48,724 bases of DNA, from NCBI GenBank assembly GCA_028282585.1, contig JANQHR010000027.1:1-48724 (forward strand), written 5' to 3'. Shown here one piece after another: positions 43,895-48,724 of this stretch. The notes beneath the pieces are model-generated. The model ran no database searches and had not been told where the DNA came from. It saw only the letters and a program-made list of their open reading frames with translations. The translations under genes and the position numbers were made by a program. The first letter of the stretch is position 1; each line of letters starts with the position of its first letter. This DNA is from Bacteroidales bacterium. GTDB lineage: Bacteria > Bacteroidota > Bacteroidia > Bacteroidales > UBA12077.

Positions 43895-45640
43895 ATGGGT
43901 AAAGAAATCAAATTTAGTTTAGTTTATCGTGATATGTGGCAATCTTCGGGCAAGTATGTTCCTAGAGTGGACCAACTAAAAAAGATTGCTCCTGTTATAA
44001 TCGATATGGGGTGTTTTTCAAGAATTGAAACAAATGGAGGCGCATTTGAACAAGTAAATTTATTATATGGTGAAAATCCTAACAAAGCAATTAGAGAATG
44101 GACAAAACCGTTTAATGAAGCTGGCATACAAACACATATGCTTGAAAGAGCATTAAATGGGATTAGGATGTTTCCAGTACCTGCTGATGTACGTAAATTA
44201 ATGTACAAAGTAAAAAAAGCGCAAGGTGTTAATATTGCTCGTTCGTTTTGCGGATTAAATGATCATCGAAATTTAGAATTATCAATAAAATATGCCAAAG
44301 AGGCCGGTATGATTTCACAGGCAACTTTGAGTATAACACATTCGAATATTCATACTGTTGATTATTTCATGGGAGTTGTAGATAAAGCTGTTGAATACGG
44401 AGCAGATGAAATCTGCCTAAAGGATATGGCTGGTGTTGGTCGCCCGGTAACTCTTGGTAAGCTTGTTTATGAAATTAAGAAAAAATATCCTCATTTAATA
44501 GTTCAGTATCACGGACATTCAGGACCTGGATTTTCAGTTGCTTCAATGTTGGAAGTTGCTAAAGCCGGTGTTGATTATGTTGATGTTGCTATGGAGCCTC
44601 TTTCGTGGGGAATGGTTCATCCGGATGTAATTACTATTCAGGCAATGTTAAAAGATGCAGGTTTCAAAGTTCCTGAAATAAACATGAAAGCTTATATGAA
44701 GGCACGTGCTTTAAATCAGGAATTTATGGATGATTTCTTAGGATATTTTATCAATCCTAAAAACAGGTATATGTCCTCTTTACTGGTTCAGGCCGGATTA
44801 CCAGGTGGTATGATGGGAAGTATGATGGCTGATTTAAAAGGTGTTCATCAAGGGTTAAATCAAACGCTTGAGGCAAACGGAAAAGAAACACTTACTGAAG
44901 ATGATCTTTTGGTAAAACTTTTTGATGAAGTAATCGACATTTGGCCAAAATTAGGGAATCCTCCTTTAGTAACACCTTTTAGCCAATATGTAAAAAACAT
45001 AGCTTTATTAAATGTAATGCAAGATATTCAGGATAAACCTAAATTCTCCATTATCGATAACAATGCTTGGGATATGATCTTAGGCAGGGCTGGAAAACTT
45101 CCCGGAAAATTATCTCAAGAAATCATAGACATTGCTAAACAGCAGGAAAAAGAATTCTATACAGGTGTTCCACAGGATAATTACCCGAATGAACTTGATA
45201 AGTTCAGAAAAGAAATGGAAGAGAATAATTGGGAGTTAGGTGAAGATGATGAAGAACTTCTTGAGTTTGCAATGCACGAAAGACAATATAGAGATTATAA
45301 GTCAGGATTAGCTAAAAAACGTTTTAATGATGAGTTAAATAAAATAAAAGCTGAAGCGGGAAAACCAAACGTAGATTCAAGCTCAGTTAAGGCTGATCCT
45401 AATAAAAAAGATATTGCATCGCCATATATGGGGAAAATATTCTACAATCTAAATTATTTTATTGAAGAACAAGCTATTGAACTTGGAAATCAGGTAAAAA
45501 AAGGACAAAGGATTTGCTATATTGAAAGTGGTTATACATACGATGAAATTGTGTCTGAATTTGATGGTGAAGTAGATGAAATCTTTTTCAAGCATGGCGA
45601 CATAGTTTCAAAAGGCGATGTGATTATTAGATTAAAGTAG
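43895..45640 (+). CDS. Oxaloacetate decarboxylase alpha / pyruvate carboxylase subunit B-like carboxyltransferase with C-terminal biotinyl-like domain
   Basis: YRDMWQS, CLKDMAG, YHGHSGPG, LPGGMMGSM, PPLVTPFSQ. The C-terminal domain lacks the MKM lysine. Confidence 0.88.
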   Translation: MGKEIKFSLVYRDMWQSSGKYVPRVDQLKKIAPVIIDMGCFSRIETNGGAFEQVNLLYGENPNKAIREWTKPFNEAGIQTHMLERALNGIRMFPVPADVRKLMYKVKKAQGVNIARSFCGLNDHRNLELSIKYAKEAGMISQATLSITHSNIHTVDYFMGVVDKAVEYGADEICLKDMAGVGRPVTLGKLVYEIKKKYPHLIVQYHGHSGPGFSVASMLEVAKAGVDYVDVAMEPLSWGMVHPDVITIQAMLKDAGFKVPEINMKAYMKARALNQEFMDDFLGYFINPKNRYMSSLLVQAGLPGGMMGSMMADLKGVHQGLNQTLEANGKETLTEDDLLVKLFDEVIDIWPKLGNPPLVTPFSQYVKNIALLNVMQDIQDKPKFSIIDNNAWDMILGRAGKLPGKLSQEIIDIAKQQEKEFYTGVPQDNYPNELDKFRKEMEENNWELGEDDEELLEFAMHERQYRDYKSGLAKKRFNDELNKIKAEAGKPNVDSSSVKADPNKKDIASPYMGKIFYNLNYFIEEQAIELGNQVKKGQRICYIESGYTYDEIVSEFDGEVDEIFFKHGDIVSKGDVIIRLK

Positions 45641-45645
45641 AAATT

Positions 45646-46113
45646 ATGGAAACAAAAAAGCGAATTGCCCTTGTGGCTCATGATAATAGAAAAAAGGATT
45701 TATTGGATTGGGTAGAATATAACTGGGAGATTTTATTACGCCATGATTTAACTTGTACTGGCACAACAGGTAGTTTAATCGAAAATTTATTAAAAAGTAA
45801 AATAAATCAGTCAAACAAAGAAGACGTAAATATCAAAAAATTAAAATCAGGCCCTTTAGGAGGTGATCAACAATTGGGCGCACTTATAGCGGATGGTGAT
45901 ATTGATCTATTAATTTTTCTTTGGGACCCTATGCAACCGCAACCCCATGATGTGGATGTAAAAGCGTTATTGAGGATTGCTGTATTGTATAACATTCCTA
46001 TGGCATGTAACAGGTCCACTGCTGATTTTATGATATCATCACATCTTTTATCCGAGGAATATAAGCCTACTTTAAAAGATTATACTAGCTATTTAAAACG
46101 AGAAATTGTATAA
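45646..46113 (+). CDS. mgsA: Methylglyoxal synthase
   Basis: IALVAHD, TGTTG, SGPLGGDQQ, PHDVDVKALLR. Confidence 0.96.
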   Translation: METKKRIALVAHDNRKKDLLDWVEYNWEILLRHDLTCTGTTGSLIENLLKSKINQSNKEDVNIKKLKSGPLGGDQQLGALIADGDIDLLIFLWDPMQPQPHDVDVKALLRIAVLYNIPMACNRSTADFMISSHLLSEEYKPTLKDYTSYLKREIV

Positions 46114-46115
46114 TG

Positions 46116-46149
46116 AAAAACCAGCATAGTATCTTATTTTGCTGGTTTA
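46116..46149. terminator. Probable bidirectional terminator
   Basis: AAAACCAGCA / TGCTGGTTTT between convergent genes. Confidence 0.7.
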
Positions 46150-46205
46150 AATTAATTTTACTTAAAATCTTTCAAACTATACTAGGACGACATAATTGTT
46201 TCAAA

Positions 46206-47222
46206 TTATATCACCGGATTTGATTTTAATATTTTATCTGCTGAATTAAGTAATATATCAACATATTGTCCTCTCATATAAACAAATGGATCTTTTGTGT
46301 TTTTTCTTGAAAGTTTTCCTCTAAAATCATCAATAGTTTTATATCCTTTACTGTCCATCCAATCTTCAAGCCTTTTAACTATATTTGAAATGTGTGTAAT
46401 TTTATTTTTGTAAAGTGTACTTACCACTTGAACGGCATTAGAGCCTGCTAATAACATTTTAATTACATCATCTCCATCAAAAATACCTGAAGAACTACAA
46501 ATATCAGCTTTAACATTACCATGTAATAATCCAGCATATCGCAATGGTAGTCTGTGATCTCCTTTACTACTAAAATTAAACGGGAAAGTATGTTCTTCTT
46601 TATTTATATCAATTTCTGGTTCGAATAACTTATTAAATAAAACTAATCCCTCAACTCCAGTATTGTCAACTTCAGAAATAAAGTTTAACAGGTTACTGTA
46701 AAAAGATCCAAGTTTTACTGCTACTGGTATTTTCACAGACTTTTTAACCGCTTTAATAATATCTAGTTTGTGTTTTTCTATTTCAGCAGCAGGATCACCT
46801 GCTTTCTTTAACGATTTATATAAATTAATCTCCAAAGCATCAACACCGGTTTCCTCAATCAATTGTGCATACTCCACCCACGTTTCCTCATATATTGCAT
46901 TAATACTTGCAATTAAAGGGACAGATGTATTTTCTTTTATTTTTTTAAGATTTAATAAAAATTCTTTAGGGCCTGCATGTTGCATTTCAGGATAGATCTT
47001 AGTCATTTCCGCGTGCCTGTCATTATAAGCTTGTAAATCCTCATCCAAATCTGCCGATTCAAAGTTTACTTGCTCTTCAAAAAGAGACTTATAAACTATA
47101 GCTCCAATTCCAGCATCTTCCATTGCTTTAATATTTTTTATGTCCATTGAAAGATTACAAGATCCGGCAATAATCGGATTTTTCAGGTTTAATCCCAGGT
47201 AAGTTGTGCTCAAGTCTGCCAT
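46206..47222 (-). CDS. Dihydroorotate dehydrogenase-like flavoprotein
   Basis: DLSTTYLGLNLKNPII, KSLFEEQ, PVAVKL, GLVLFN, KMLLAGSNAVQVVS. No SCPN catalytic loop (LEINLY instead). Confidence 0.85.
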   Translation of the reverse strand: MADLSTTYLGLNLKNPIIAGSCNLSMDIKNIKAMEDAGIGAIVYKSLFEEQVNFESADLDEDLQAYNDRHAEMTKIYPEMQHAGPKEFLLNLKKIKENTSVPLIASINAIYEETWVEYAQLIEETGVDALEINLYKSLKKAGDPAAEIEKHKLDIIKAVKKSVKIPVAVKLGSFYSNLLNFISEVDNTGVEGLVLFNKLFEPEIDINKEEHTFPFNFSSKGDHRLPLRYAGLLHGNVKADICSSSGIFDGDDVIKMLLAGSNAVQVVSTLYKNKITHISNIVKRLEDWMDSKGYKTIDDFRGKLSRKNTKDPFVYMRGQYVDILLNSADKILKSNPVI

Positions 47223-47360
47223 TTGTTCCGGTTTTTAGTTAAACATTATATTCATTATTTTTTTAACAAGTTACAAAAAAATAAGTTCAATTTCTGTTTA
47301 ATTTTTATGTGATTTTATTAAATAAAACCTAAACAAATCATAAAAAAAGCAGGGTAAAAA

Positions 47361-48724
47361 CCCAGTCATGGTCGGAAGATTTTTCTTCCGACTTTTTTTG
47401 TTAAACATTTTAAAATAAGTTATATAACACATTGATAATCAATTAAATAAGCTTGGTTTTTGCAATTAAATTTGTATCTTAGCATCTGTTAATCAATTCA
47501 TTATGACAGATTTTAAAGGACACAAATTACAGGTTAATGAGCTTTTAAATGTTATACCAGAAGGCTTATTAGCGAACTTATCATCTACGACTAAGGTAGA
47601 TCATTATACAAAGGTTTTGCATGGAAAAAAGATGTTTTATTTATTGCTATATAGCATCCTTGAAAATGAAAAACTCAGTCAGCGGACACTTGAAGATACG
47701 TTTAATGACCCTGTTTTTAAATTACTCTTTGATTTGGATAAAGAAGAAACTGTTTGTAGAAGTTCTATATCTGAAAGACTTTCAAAGATTGATCCAGGTT
47801 TTTTCAAACAGATCTACGAATGTATCTATGAACAATTCTCAAGGCACTATAAAGAAAACGAAAGATATAATTATAATCTTATTCGAGTAGATAGCTCTAT
47901 CGTAAGCGATGCTGTTGGTAGACTAATGGAAGGCTTAAGTAACTGTGGGAAAAAGGCTGTAAAATATAGTGTTGCTTTTGATGGTATTTTACCATGTGAA
48001 TTACAAGTTTTCACAACATCTAGCTATTCTAGTGAAGATGTTGCTCTACCCGAAGTTGTTCTTAATCATGTAAAAAAAGAGAAGAACCATCAAAATATTT
48101 ATATTTTAGATAGAGGCCTTCAATCTACAAGAACAATGAAGTCATTTTCTGATGATACTATTAGATTTATTTGCAGAACCAAAGAAGATAGAAAATACGT
48201 AGAATTAAAATCCCTAATTTCAGCTGATCAGGATTTAGACCTTGGGGAGTCTACACTAATTAAAGATGCAAAAATTAATTTGTATACAGGAGTGCCAATA
48301 AAAAACAAACGAGGTAATATTCATTATAGGGAAGAACTGGTAGGCACTGAATTCCGGTTAGTTATCGTTGAAAGCAAATCCAACAGCCAACAATATTGGT
48401 TTTTATCAAATGATTTCGATTTGTCGGCTAAAGAAATTGCTCAAGCTTATAGGCGTAGATGGGATATTGAAGTATTTTTTAGATTTATCAAGCAAGAGCT
48501 AAATGTAAGTCATTTGGTTTCTTTAAATAAAAATGGAATTCAGGTAATAATGTATATGACCCTTATCGTTGCAATGCTTGTTCTTATTTATAAAAAGGCT
48601 AACAAAATTGGGTATAAAACTGCTAAAAGAAGAATGGCAATGGAAGTGCGTAATCTCGCAATTGCAATTATCGTAACTCAGTGTGGTGGTAATCCTGATC
48701 TGATGTTTAAAACTTGACCGAAAC
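47361..48724 (+). mobile_element. IS4-family insertion sequence (ends approximate; right end probably beyond the window)
   Basis: Full-length transposase. Hairpin GTCGGAAGA/TCTTCCGAC + T7 at 47371-47399 near the presumed left end. TIRs and target duplication cannot be confirmed. Confidence 0.7.
47503..48717 (+). CDS. IS4 family DDE transposase
   Basis: IRVDSS, ILDRG and the YREK motif YRRRWDIEVFFRFIKQ. Confidence 0.94.
   Translation: MTDFKGHKLQVNELLNVIPEGLLANLSSTTKVDHYTKVLHGKKMFYLLLYSILENEKLSQRTLEDTFNDPVFKLLFDLDKEETVCRSSISERLSKIDPGFFKQIYECIYEQFSRHYKENERYNYNLIRVDSSIVSDAVGRLMEGLSNCGKKAVKYSVAFDGILPCELQVFTTSSYSSEDVALPEVVLNHVKKEKNHQNIYILDRGLQSTRTMKSFSDDTIRFICRTKEDRKYVELKSLISADQDLDLGESTLIKDAKINLYTGVPIKNKRGNIHYREELVGTEFRLVIVESKSNSQQYWFLSNDFDLSAKEIAQAYRRRWDIEVFFRFIKQELNVSHLVSLNKNGIQVIMYMTLIVAMLVLIYKKANKIGYKTAKRRMAMEVRNLAIAIIVTQCGGNPDLMFKT

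Overview
AT-rich chromosomal DNA from a Bacteroidota organism, probably Bacteroidales (TAnnTTTG -7 promoters, a T9SS C-terminal domain, typical gene families). Housekeeping genes include comEC, trkAH, a Sua5/YciO gene, fsa, SRP RNA, two GT2 genes, miaA, an AmmeMemoRadiSam operon, gap, def, ruvX, a carboxyltransferase, mgsA and a DHOD-like gene; an IS4 element lies at the right edge. Three regions stand out. (1) 2-9650 is a tightly coupled operon of two GIGT-repeat fibre-like proteins, a Sec-signal SpvB/FG-GAP/Rhs toxin with an Ntox23-like tip, a lipoprotein immunity gene and a small one-YD-repeat T9SS protein. It looks like a multi-component T9SS-routed toxin particle. (2) 19551-27594 is a double-glycine peptide (bacteriocin) island. 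It has four precursors: two are missed by the ORF track, and one of those two is silenced by a single in-frame TAA. All four have two-Cys cores. The island also carries candidate immunity genes, a sensor-less LytTR protein and a membrane protein/CxxC redoxin/C39 transporter module. A 257-bp duplication that ends inside the leader and an in-frame chimeric scar record cassette stacking. (3) 38493-38974 holds two unannotated 41-aa CPAY mini-lipoproteins behind a perfect LytTR-type 9-12-9 direct repeat. All family assignments come from motif recognition by eye; no database searches were run.
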